A stretch of DNA of 64,000 bases from Octopus sinensis (GCF_006345805.1 NC_043017.1:2356001-2420000), one strand, 5' to 3'; positions 51,570 through 63,768 are shown, numbered from the stretch's first letter. Made by a program: numbers and translations. The notes: generated by a model from the sequence alone, not told the origin.

Positions 51570-52751
51570 CGGTTCGGTATAATCGGAGAGCCCCTTCGTT
51601 CACGAATGACCATGGGATTGCACCTAGAAAGTTACCCTCCGAAGCACAGGTCCGGGCAAGGTTGTTTATGGAAGGCTAGCAGTCGCCCATGCATACCAGC
51701 CTCCCCTTCTTCATGCTACAAGTGTCACCCAAGGGAAAGGCAAAATAAACTGATACAATGAATACCAGGCTTAAAATAATATGCACTGGGGCTGATTCGT
51801 TCGACTAAAAACATCCCAGGGCGGTGCCCCACAACTAAGCTCACACCCTTACATTTTCTACCCTGTACTTAAATCAAAGATCTTTATTATTATGATTATT
51901 ATTAATATTATCAATTGTAGTATTTTGGTTTTTTGGTTTTTTAAATAAATATTTTCATAACATCAAATAACTAAAATAATTTTTAAAATTCAATTATTTT
52001 CATGAAGGAAGACATTTTGGAAATTTCGCAAAATATTTCATTATGACGTCACTTCAATGATGATTTTTTTCAACTTAAACAATGAAAGAGGGGCAAAAAA
52101 GGGGGTAATTTTTTATTTCTTTGGATATTTAGATTTAAAATGTTGATATTGTTCATTATGACGTCATCATAATGATGTCATAATTGCCAAATTTTGTTAT
52201 AAATAGAAGGCACAGAGCGGCTTCTCTTCATATCGTCAATGCTTCGGCAGACACCAACATCGGATTTATAAGACACTCTTGTCGATAATCCGTTTTGCAT
52301 TGAGATATTAAACCGACATCTACAAGAGGTAAGCATTAAGCATTTTATTCTACTAGACATGCAAACGCAAATACACAAACACAGATACAGCCAGTACATG
52401 CATGCATTTCTTGTAGCAGCCGGTATCGGGTCTTCGGAGCTATGCATACTCAAGCGGTAACCCTTAGTTACCTAGAGTAGGAATCCAGTAGTTCCTAAGG
52501 AGTAGGAGCTAGGTTTTTTTTCCAATTTTCCGTAGATTCCATCCCTTAACTTTATTTTAGATGCTGCTCAGCCCATTCGTGACTAGCTGCTTATGATTCT
52601 TCCGATGGTCGTTTTGGTTCCGTAGGGTGGTGGCGGTCGATTCATCGTTAGCCAGCCGGCACGGAGTACGGTTGGGTGGTCAAATCACAAAATGTGATTG
52701 ATAGGGACATTTGTTAGGTACTAGGAAACCGCAAGAGGAAGATAGTTCCTC

Positions 52752-52863
52752 GATTCGATTCGATTCAGGCATCTACAGCCATTTGCATAACATTATTACG
52801 TCATGAATTAGATTCGATTCGATTCAGGCATCTACAGCCATTTGCATAACATTATTACGTCAT
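52752..52863 (+). repeat. 59-bp direct tandem duplication
   Basis: gattcgattcgattcaggcatctacagccatttgcataacattattacgtcat at 52752 and 52811. Confidence 0.95.
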
Positions 52864-53079
52864 AATTAAATTAGGTATTCTATTTTTATCTTCATATACA
52901 ACTTGATACAAAGAAAAGTATCGTTGGAAGATTTGTCGGTTTTATGAACCTTTGAGTCTTTAAATGCCCGCTGCAACATGCTGGTTGGTGTCATAACATA
53001 GTTGCATGGTGTCCGGAAGGTGCCACGGTTTACCGGATAGACTCTTAACCAGGCCATTTCAGTGCAGGAAACCTGGAGG

Positions 53080-54400
53080 TTCCAACCAGAAACCACCATT
53101 TTATATTTTATTACAGAAAAGAAGATTGCTGCTTTCCAGCCACAAGAAGATTGCTTTCCAGCCAAAAAGAAGGTTGCTTTCCAGCCACAAGGTTCCAGGT
53201 TCAATCCCAAGAGTTTTCTACTTATAAACCGCGGGCCAAGAAACCACCATTTTTATATATTTTGCAGAAAATAAAGAATAAAGTTTTTAAAGTGATAATT
53301 TGTTTGAATTTGTATTTTAGTTAGAGGATTTTTTTATGAATTGTTTTAGGACGTATTTGTACCACTATGCACAGGCGCAGACATGGTTATGCGCTAAGAA
53401 GATTGCTTTCCAGCCACAAGGTTCCAGGTTCAATCCCAAGAGTCTTCTACTTATAAACCACGGGCCAAGAAACCACCATTTTTATATATTTTGCAGAAAA
53501 TAAAGAAATGATTTTTTTTTTTTGTACCAGAAACCATTTTTATATTAAAATAAAGTTTTTAAAGTGATAATTTGTTTGAATTGTATTTTGTTAGAGGAAT
53601 TAGGATTTTTTTATGAATGGTTTTAGACGATTTGTACCACTATGCACAGGCGCCGCAGGCGCAGGCATGGTAGCGCTAAGAAGATTGCTTCCAGCCACAA
53701 GGTTCCAGGTTCAATCCCAAGAGTCTTCTACTTATAAACCACGGGCCAAGAAACCACCATTTTTATATATTTTGCAGAAAATAAAGAAATGATTTTTTTT
53801 TTTTACCAGAAACCATTTTTATATTAAAATAAAGTTTTTAAAGTGATAATTTGTTTGAATTTGTATTTTAGTTAGAGGATTTTTTTATGAATTGTTTTAG
53901 GACGTATTTGTACCACTATGCACAGGCGCAGGCATGGTTATGCGCTAAGAAGATTGCTTTCCAGCCACAAGGTTCCAGGTTCAATCCCAAGAGTCTTCTA
54001 CTTATAAACCACGGGCCAAGAAACCACCATTTTTATATATTTTGCAGAAAATAAAGAAATGATTTTTTTTTTGTACCAGAAACCATTTTTATATTAAAAT
54101 AAAGTTTTTAAAGTGATAATTTGTTTGTATTTGTATTTTAGTTAGAGGATTTTTTTATGAATTGTTTTAGGACGTATTTGTACCACTATGCACAGGCGCA
54201 GGCATGGTTATGCGCTAAGAAGATTGCTTTCCAGCCACAAGGTTCCAGGTTCAATCCCAAGAGTCTTCTACTTATAAACCACGGGCCAAGAAACCACCAT
54301 TTTTATATATTTTGCAGAAAATAAAGATTTAATTTTTTTTTTTTGTACCAGAAACCATTTTTATATTGAAATAAATTTTTAAAGTGACAATTTGTTTTAT
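53080..54400 (+). repeat. Tandem array (~240-280-bp unit, ~5 copies) of a degenerate SINE B head plus AT-rich spacer
   Basis: ccagccacaaggttccaggttcaatcccaagag at ~53170, 53410, 53691, 53961 and 54230; aligns with the SINE B head ggcgcaggagtggctgtgtggtaag...ccacatggttccgggttcagtccca. Confidence 0.92.
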
Positions 54401-54409
54401 GAATTTTGT

Positions 54410-54442
<33 letters not shown>

Positions 54443-54498
54443 CACACACACACACACACACACATTAAATACACACATATACTTCTGTGAGTGCACGA

Positions 54499-54530
<32 letters not shown>

Positions 54531-54649
54531 GTGTGCATGCGCGTGTGTGCATGCGCGTGTGTGCATGCGTGTGTGTGTGTGTGTGCATGCGCGTGTGTGT
54601 GCATGTGTGTGCACGTGAGTGGGGGGGATGTATTTGTGCCAGTATGCAT

Positions 54650-55460
54650 AGGTGCAGGCGTGGTTATGCGCTAAGAACCTTGCTTTCCAACCAAATGGTT
54701 CAGGGTTACCACTTGGTCCTTGGTTCAATTCCAAGAGTTTTCCTATAACCTTGGGCCAAACAAAACCAAGTGGATTTGGTAGACGGAAACTGAAAGAAGC
54801 CCGAAAGAAGCCCATCGTTTCTTTAGACTACAGCCATCATAAGGTACCGACCTGAAGCATTTTTAGTCGAATAAATTGACCCCAGTACTTACTGTATGAA
54901 TCACTAGGTTACGAGGACAGAAACGCACCAACAGCGGTGATGGAAGATGTTGAAGGACAACAGCCACAAGGATACGCGCACACACACACACACACGTGTG
55001 CATATGTGTATGTGCGTATGGGAATAAATGTGTGCACGTGTAAATAAGTGGGGTTGTAGACGGTACAAATCATCGGGAGGGATTTTGTCGAAGAATTCAT
55101 TGTTTCCAAACACCAGGTCCTGGGTTCGATTCAAAGAGTTTTCTTATAGCCTTGGGCCAAGCAAATCCAAGTGGATTTGGTAGACGGAAACTGAAAGAAG
55201 CCCCTTTCTTTTATATCAGTTACTAGGACTATAAACATGGTGGGTCACCGACCTGAAGAAGTATGGGAATAAATGGGTGCAGGTGTAACAAGTGAGGTTG
55301 TAAAGAGTCACAACTTCTTGCTGACTTTCAAACTTTGGGGGAGGGGACCAGTCGATTAGATCGACCCTATTACGCAATTGGTACTTAATTTATCGACCCT
55401 GAAAAGATACCTACTTCTTTACTACCCACAAGGAGCTAAACACAGAGGGGACAAGAATGA
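54650..55460. mobile_element. Old SINE B fragments (+; 54650-54900, 55110-55200) and a SINE A fragment (-; 55325-55460)
   Basis: gtggatttggtagacggaaactgaaagaagccc; gcaattggtacttaatttatcgaccc. Confidence 0.75.
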
Positions 55461-56271
55461 AAGGTATAAGGACAGACACCATGACCCCTAGCCTCGCCTT
55501 ATTGAACTTCAAGTTTCACCTAAAAAAAGGTCGGGCTAGAAAGGAGGTGTCTGTCAGAATGCATGTTCCAAAAAAGATGGATGCGTGTCGCAAGAATGCT
55601 GGGTATGAAAGGCCCTGCGTGAACACGCTATAAGGAGTAACATAAAGTGTCAGCTAATAAGACAGGGCTCGTGGGGCCGGTAAACCTGTCGTTTTAGCTT
55701 CATGTGTCCCTTTGAGTTTGTAGCGTAAATTGTGTTATATTCGTTTTATTCGTGTAAATTTTTAACATTGACCATTCGTTTAACATGACCCCAAATCATG
55801 TAGTGCTGTCCCCATCTCTGCACGCCTTTTATGGGTAATAAAGAAACAAACTGACATAGCAGCCGTGAAGCTAGGCCACTTGACAGGCACACAGTGATGC
55901 TCTTCCGTTTGGAAGGTACAGAAATCTAGGTTTAAAGTAGTCAACCGTTGAATAACTCTTTTTACAAGGAGGATAATAACAATCTTCAAAGGCAGTAGAA
56001 TTTTCAACTCCTGCAGAAGAAGATGCCCGAAAGATGGATAGGAAGAACAACATTTCTCCTTCACCCTCTTCTCATTTATATTCTCCTCTCTCATCTCTGT
56101 CTTTTCCCTGGATGTTGATCAACCGGCCATATTTAGGTAAGTGTATATATATTTACCTGTATATTTACTTTATTTCCATATTTATAAACTTGTCCTTTGT
56201 GTATTTTTCTATACTGACAGGGGATTAGGCGGATATTTTATTAGGGGCGAGATTTAGCAGTTGGAAGTTCT

Positions 56272-57017
56272 AAAACGGTTACAATTTCTGTGGAGGTTTA
56301 CTTAAATAGGCTCAGGATGGGGAAGAGAAGGAACGACGAAGACAAAAAATATATAAAAATGTATGTAAATGCATGAATAATACACATAGTCACCCTGGTT
56401 TAAGGGAGGCCCCCACCCAACCAACGAATCTAACTGAGGATTGAAATCACTCTGACCAGTAGAAGCAAGTCTCCTCTCTCAGCTGATGTTCTTCGACCTG
56501 CGGACGCATTCCTATTGTTATTCTATTTACTCTTACAATTTTCTCAGCAGTCACCCATATTTTGACGGAAACCACTGGAAGAAAACGCTTATAGCTTCAC
56601 CCTTACTTTCATACACAAATGGGTTTTGATAAAAAAAAAAAAGAAAATTACATTTGAAGGTTTAATGGAAGTCCAAAAGAAGGTGTATTCGCTGAACCGT
56701 AATGAACATTCCAGTGGTTTCTGTCAAAATATGGGTGACTGCTGAGAAAATTGTAAGAGTAAATAGAATAACAATAGGAATGCGTCCGCAGGTCGAAGAA
56801 CATCAGCTGAGAGAGGAGACTTGCTTCTACTGGTCAGAGTGATTTCAATCTTCAGTTAGATTCGTTGGTTGGGTGGGGGCCTCCCTTAAACCAGGGTGAC
56901 TATGTGTATTATTCATGCATTTACATACATTTTTATATATTTTTTGTCATCGTCGTTCCTTCTCTTCCCCATCCTGAGCCTATTTAAGTAAACCTCCACA
57001 GAAATTGTAACCGTTTT
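56272..57017. repeat. Long near-perfect inverted repeat: 309-bp arms (56272-56580 / 56709-57017) with a 128-bp spacer
   Basis: Only three mismatches found on manual comparison. Confidence 0.96.
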
Positions 57018-57276
57018 GTATCTATCTTTAATACGCCGTCCTGTGTATCCCCATCATCCTTATCAGCATCATTACCATCACTTTCTCTTTTATTCTATGA
57101 AAAGCCCTACACTTAGTCTTCGTATTTTTACACACACACACACACACACTATATATATAACCATAATTAAGATTCAGTTGATTTAGGTACTTAAGGTGAG
57201 GCACCAAGTCAGTCCGGTATTATCCGCACACTGCAAGTAAGGTGAATAAAATCATATATATATGTGTGTGTGTGTG

Positions 57277-57327
<51 letters not shown>

Positions 57328-57623
57328 GTATGTATATATACACACACACACAGGTATGTTGGAGCAAACATGAAATATAGAACTCAAAATATGATTATAT
57401 GCATATTTTTATTGATATTTAGCAGAAGCATATATAGTTAGGGTGTATTCCGTTAGGAATGTATCAGAGAGCAAAATAGGGCTCGTTCACCCTTAGAATT
57501 ACTAAATAGCCGGAATTATTTCGGTCTACTTGCAATCGTAGTCTTAAGGCATTCATCGTGTGTGAAAATATAATTGATAAATTAGTGTCAACAAGAAGGT
57601 ATGCGTTTAGACTGTAATTTAGC

Positions 57624-57993
57624 AAACACTAGAGATGTTTCGATGCAACATAGATCCACATATATATACACAGGATTTAAATAAAGCAACGGTTTACCTG
57701 TGTAATAGGATCCAGTTGTATCTCCACAGGTGATATATAATCACCGTCCCCCGTAAGTAAATCTTTGTCTCCGATGCTAACACATCCAACTGACTGGTTT
57801 GAATCCAGTAGACGCTGGCAGTTAACATTGCGCTCGGTGTCAACGTACCGCTGCACGCTCCACCTGAGCAGCGTTCTATACGTTGGCTGTCCACTTTCTT
57901 TCACGTGTTAAGTCGATCAGGCTAAACTTTACTATTTCGCAAACATGTGTGCGTATATATGTGTGCGTGTGTATGTATATATATGCGTGTGTG

Positions 57994-58039
<46 letters not shown>

Positions 58040-58055
58040 TGTGTATGTGCGTGTG

Positions 58056-58086
<31 letters not shown>

Positions 58087-58120
58087 ATGTGCGTGTGTAT
58101 ATATATATATGCGTATGTGC

Positions 58121-58164
<44 letters not shown>

Positions 58165-58399
58165 ATGCGTGTGTAAGTGTGTGTATGTGTGTGTATATGT
58201 GTGCGTGTACACATATATTAATATCTAGCGAAAGCAACAGAGTGACTCAAGGTCAGGGAGTTTCGTGCGTTGGCACTTATCGGTGATTATATATCCCCTG
58301 AGGGGATACAACTGGGTCCCATTATACAGGTAAACCCTTGCTTAATTTAAATCCTGTGTATATATGGATCTATGCTGTATCGAAACATCTGTAGTGTTT
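57624..58399. repeat. Diverged inverted repeat with ~120-bp arms (57624-57746 / 58281-58399) and a ~530-bp spacer
   Basis: aaacactagagatgtttcgatgcaacatagatcc...gatatataatcaccg versus cggtgattatatatc...ggatctatgctgtatcgaaacatctgtagtgttt. Confidence 0.88.
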
Positions 58400-58888
58400 A
58401 TTAAATAGCCGTCTAAACGGACTCCTTCTTGTCGACTCTATTTTTTTTTCAATCATATGTCTTGCACGCAACTTGCACATGCAAGTGCTGCCAGTCGAGA
58501 GCTCCGCACACCGGAAGCCAGCAAGTGCATGGTGTCATCAGGAGAGATAAAATTTGGTGCTTGCAGTTCGGCTTGTATCCGCGACTTTCGTAGCCACTTT
58601 TAATATATACAAGGTAGCATTGTCACGATTTCAAATCATTGAACAAAAATGTAAGGCGTTCATTAGAAAGTGACTATGCTTACCTCGGATATATATATAC
58701 ATATACATCACCTTTCAAAACTGTAATCTTTCATACGCAATATCACAACATAAACTTCCATTATGCGTATAAAATGGATCTACAAATTCAATATCCCTAG
58801 ATATTTCACATCTATTTTATTTCCTCCACCTCACTCTCTACTTTATATCTTATCTAAATTAACTATTACTTAACTATCCTCTCACACC

Positions 58889-58940
58889 GTCTCCGATGAA
58901 GGGATATAATTAATAAAGATCCTGGAAACAGCTGTAAGAC
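58889..58940 (+). ncRNA. Type I hammerhead with a U4C core variant, within a ~300-bp TA-flanked element (58700-59000)
   Basis: GUCU-CCGAUGA-A-GGGAU(auaauuaauaaag)AUCCU-G-GAAA-CAGCUG-UA^AGAC; palindromic ACAGCUGU helix III. Confidence 0.72.
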
Positions 58941-59017
58941 CTATCTATAAATATTCTAATATCTACACAGCCTTGGTTTTTTTATCTCATTAGGCAAAAA
59001 ATTCTTATATACATATA

Positions 59018-59407
59018 GGCGCAGGAGTGGCTGTGTGGTAAGTAGCTTGTTTACCAACCACATGGTTCCGGGTTCAGTCCCACTGCGTGGTACATTGGGC
59101 AAGTGTCTTCTACTATAGCCCCTGGCCGACCAATGCCTTGTGAGTGGATTTGGTAGACAGAAACTGAAAGAAACCTGTCGTATATAAGTATATATATATA
59201 TATATTTATGTGTCTGTGTTTGTCCCCCTAGCATTGCTTGACAACCGATGCTGGTGTGATTACGTCCCCGTCACTTAGCGGTTCGGCAAAAGAGACTGAT
59301 AGAATAAGTACTGGGCTTACAAAGAATAAGTCCCGGGGTTGATTTGCTCGACTAAAGGCGGTGCTCCAGCATGGCCGCAGTCAAATGACTGAAACAAGTA
59401 AAAGAGT
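59018..59407 (+). mobile_element. Full-length, young-looking SINE family B
   Basis: Complete head, body and tail. Confidence 0.94.
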
Positions 59408-61004
59408 ATATATATACACCCATCCACATGCACGTTGGTATTTGCGATTGTGTGTGTATGCATTTGTGTATATGCACATCCATCCAACCCACATCGAACA
59501 ATATTCTTCCTCCTGATTTAGGCGAAATCCAGGTGGAGCGATATCTTAAACTTGATGACGTAAAGCAGGTGAAACACGGAAAACTTCGTGTAATATTGTA
59601 TGACTTTAAATCGTGAAGGTGGCCAAGTTTATATTGTGATATTGCTACAGTTTTCAACGGTGAATATAAGCTTTATCATTTTATGTATATTTGCTCATAC
59701 GTATATTGAAGTGGTGGTTTTTTTTTTTCTTTTCCGAAGCGTAATTTTTTTTATTATTATATTATTATTGTTGTGGTTGTTGCTTTGGTGTTGTTACAGC
59801 CGTGGTGGTGGTGGTGGCTGATCTTTGGTTGATAACAAAATGGCTAAAAGCTCCACGAATGTCATATTACTCTAAATAAGCCACGCGTTTTCTTCCACTT
59901 ATTTTTCTTTTCTCTCTCTCTCTTTCTCCCTCTCCTGCTCTTCTTCAGTCCGGCCACTCACCATCCCCACTATGACCACCACCGACCCCTTCCACACATC
60001 GTCCATCATCGCATCGCCGACCTCTTGTGGCATCAAGATGGTTTTGCCTCTGACGCAAACCAGAGGTTACTTAGCGGTCAAAATGTGATTTTTTCGCCAT
60101 TTTCATTTGAACCTCTTATTATTCAATAGCAGATAAAAAATGCCCTATTGATAAATCGACAGATTTTTCGTCGTGAAAAATACATCTGGACGTAATGTAA
60201 AATATACGCTCATTTTTTTAATTTTATTTTCTTTCCTAGTCTTGTTTATTTTCTTCGGTTTTTCCTTCTCTTTTTCCCCCCATTTTTCGTTTGTTTGTTC
60301 ACTATATAAGCATACTTGCTTATTGCTTTCCATTCGCGACAATGAAATTCTTTCGTTATAGTTCAGAGTTGAAGAATGGTCTTGTAGCTTTTGCTCATTT
60401 ACTTCTAAAGTATGTCTTGCCAAAGGCATTTTTTTCTCTCTCTTTCCAAGAGTTACAAATTACTCCTGAACTACAGCAGTAACAAGCATTAGAAAAACAC
60501 ATTAAAACGCGTAAATCTATAATTTCGGAAAATTTCCATATATTACCCAACATTGCTGCCGTCTCCGTACATTCTGTAAATTTGCCGTAAATACAGAAAC
60601 ATTCAAGTGGCCCCTCCAGTGGATATTTCTATTGGAATAAAGATAGAGAGGAGAAATTACACTACATTTCAGCTACAGCTTGATGTTAACCTTTCGGATT
60701 AAACTTACTTAGCGTAGTTCCGATTCAAAGAATTCTTCTCACCACAATGGTTTCTACCGATAAAGTAATTTAATAGACTTTATATAACATTACTGAGCCA
60801 GCAGCGTGGATGGGCAGTAAGTTCACCGAGCAAACCAGGTTTCGCAATGCGGGTTCGATCTCTCATTAAATGATATATGGGTTTTTATTTATACTTACTA
60901 GCTGACAATTTCTGTAGAAAAATTTATGATACCCAACTTGTTGCACATAGTAGTTATTTCTTTATTGTCAGTTGTTATTTCTTTATTTTAAAAGTAATAC
61001 TCCT

Positions 61005-61057
61005 AGGTCTCACCGAGATTTGAACTCGAATCGCTGGATTCAAAGTCCAGAGTGCTA
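61005..61057 (-). pseudogene. 5'-truncated tRNA-Gln(TTG) fragment
   Basis: tagcactCTGGA-ctTTGaa-TCCAGcgattcgagttcaaatctcggtgagacct matches the 3' two-thirds of metazoan tRNA-Gln; the 5' acceptor strand and most of the D arm are missing; no CCA. Confidence 0.85.
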
Positions 61058-61269
61058 GTCACATCTCCCACTAATCACACAATTACCGACTGAAATTAAA
61101 GAGACAGAGAACAAAAAGATTAACTGATAAAAAGTCGAGCCTCTTTCATTACACGTGTAACACGATTTTTGTCCCTGGGTAGCACAGTTATTTCCCATTT
61201 GCTTACCCCTAAAAAGCATGAAGAATAGATAATATTTCCTTTCAACCTCGTTTTCGTTACATTGATTCA

Positions 61270-61420
61270 AATCCCTACGAATCCATCTCAACACATGGCT
61301 ATGATACTCACCCACTACTCCTGATCAGATATGCACACGTTAGCTGCTAAGGGATATATGCTCAACTGGTTAAGAGCAGGTAACTCACATGAAAATCTGT
61401 GGTGTTCAGCAGAATATTTG
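61270..61420 (-). mobile_element. Old fragment of the R4/Dong-like 3' UTR
   Basis: gaatccatctcaacacatggctatgat...tgctcaactggttaag...aatctgtggtgttcagcagaatattt. Confidence 0.75.
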
Positions 61421-61824
61421 GATCTTTACCCTTCGACCGACAGATTTTAAAAAAATAATTAAATAACTAAACACTTTCAAACTTCGGACACTGGTTGAAT
61501 GTGTCATATAAAACATCTTTTACTCTTAGCGTTTTTGAGAAAAGCTTATATTTAGGAAGTTATTACACGTTAAAGTTGTAGTATTTCGGTAATTTCAGCC
61601 AATCAATGACGTGTATTCAGCTGAATAAAATCACTGCTGTTGTTTGTCAACAAGAACTTCCGGCGGTGTATATTTCATTCGTCACTGCTATTTATGATTA
61701 CCATAACACCCTAATCCTAATCCCTTAAAGCTGAAGCTAGTACAAACGAAAAATTCACCGCACTACGAATTGTATTCGTTACAGAGAACACCTGTCTCTA
61801 ATCTATTCACTATAAAATTATACA

Positions 61825-62088
61825 TACATGCTACGGGTTTCTTTAAGTTTCTGTCCACCAAATGCACTCACAAGGCTTTGGTCCACCGGAGGCTATACTC
61901 TTTTCTCTTTTACTTGTTTCAGTCATTTGACTGCGGCCATGCTGGAGCACCGCCTTTAGTCGAGCAACTCGACCCCGGGACTTATTCTTTGTAAGCCCAG
62001 TACTTAGTCTATCAGTCTCTTTTACCGAACCGCTAAGTGACGGGGACGTAAGCACACCAGTATCGGTTGTCAAGCAATGCTAGGGGGA

Positions 62089-62142
<54 letters not shown>

Positions 62143-62390
62143 CATATATACGACAGGCTTCTTTCAGTTTCCGTCTACCAAATCCACTCACAAGGCATTG
62201 GTCGGCCCGACACTTGCCCAAGATGCCACGCAGTGGGACTGAACCCGGAACCATATGGTTGGTTAGCAAGCTACTTACCACACAGCCACTCATGTAGAAG
62301 ATATTTACTCAAGTTGCCGCATAATGGGACTGAACCCGGAATGATGTGGTTGGGAAGCAAGCTTCTTACCACACAACCACTCCTGTGCCT
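61825..62390 (-). mobile_element. SINE B with a duplicated head
   Basis: Tail at ~61905, heads ending at ~62290 and ~62388. Confidence 0.88.
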
Positions 62391-62819
62391 GCCACTCGAT
62401 AGGTTACTCTTTCTTGCATGTTCAGCAACCATTATTCATTTTAAATAACGTCACATACAGAAACGGAAAAACCACCAAGTAGTCACTTGATATGCTAGAT
62501 ATAGCAGCTAAATCTTCACCAAAATGTACACAACTGTCTTAAAAAACGGAAGGAACTTTGCAGGATGTAGTCCTTGACATAGTGTGTGAGAGTGGGGGGG
62601 GGGAAGCGACGAGATTGTTACGGCTGGAATGCTTTTGATGTCAGGCTTAGGCGATCGTGTCTAACCTGAATCTCAACAACAACAACAACACCAACAGCAA
62701 TAACATTGACAACCTTGGCGTAAACATCATTTTAAAATGGGGGGGGAAGGAGTTATTGACAATGTTAATTGTTTTGTCAGCAGGAGTAAATAACATGCAC
62801 ACCTTCGCTTTGTGTGTGT

Positions 62820-62881
62820 GTAGATAGACAGAAAGACGGACAGATCGATAAATGGACAGACAGACAGACGGATAGATAGAG

Positions 62882-62933
<52 letters not shown>

Positions 62934-62965
62934 GGACAGAGAGACGGACAGAGAGACGGACAGAG

Positions 62966-63034
<69 letters not shown>

Positions 63035-63701
63035 CAGACAGACAGACACAGACAGACAGAGATGGACAGACAGAGATGGACAGACAGACAGGTAGAGAGA
63101 TGGACAGACAGAGAGATAGATAGAGAGAGAGATGGACAGACAGATAGAAAGGTGGACAGATGGACAGATAGACAGACAGACAGATAGAGAGATGGACAGA
63201 CAGCAGACAGACAGATGGACAGACAGACACAGAGAGATGGACAGACAGCAGACAGACAGATGGACAGACGGACAGACAGACAGATTGAGAGATGGACAGA
63301 CAGACACAGAGAGATGGACAGACAGACAGAAAGATAGAGAGATGGACAGACAGACACAGAGAGATGGACAAACAGTCAGACAGACAGATGGACAGACAGA
63401 CAGACAGATTGAGAGATGGACAGACAGACACAGAGAGATGGACAGACAGTCAGACAGACAGACAGATAGAGAGATGGACAGACAGACAGACACAGAGAGA
63501 TGGACAGACAGACAGACACAGATGGACAGACAGACAAACAGATAGAGAGATGGACAGACAAACAGATAGAGCGATAGATAGATAGGACAGACGGAGAGAT
63601 AGATAGATAGATTAACAGATATACATATATGCAAGTATGTGTGTATGTGTGTATGTGTGTATGTATGTGTGTGTGTGTGTGTATGTATGTATGTGTGTGT
63701 G

Positions 63702-63768
<67 letters not shown>

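Larger units (their letters stand above)
47582..51813 (+). repeat. ~2-kb tandem duplication (unit 1 47582-49561; unit 2 49562-51813)
   Basis: ccaccatgatt(g/c)ggagcaatacactaag at 47582 and 49562; same order of mariner end, VNTR, (GATA)n and SINE tails; cca microhomology at the junction. Confidence 0.95.

Noticed and set aside
48283-54400. Regularly spaced repeats that superficially resemble CRISPR arrays
   Set aside because: The units are fully repeated with no unique spacers, derive from SINEs, and no cas genes are present in this eukaryotic context
59519-59616. Protein-like frame GEIQVERYLKLDDVKQVKHGKLRVILYDFKS* after a pyrimidine-rich AG
   Set aside because: 31 codons with no recognised homologue and no upstream exon to link it to
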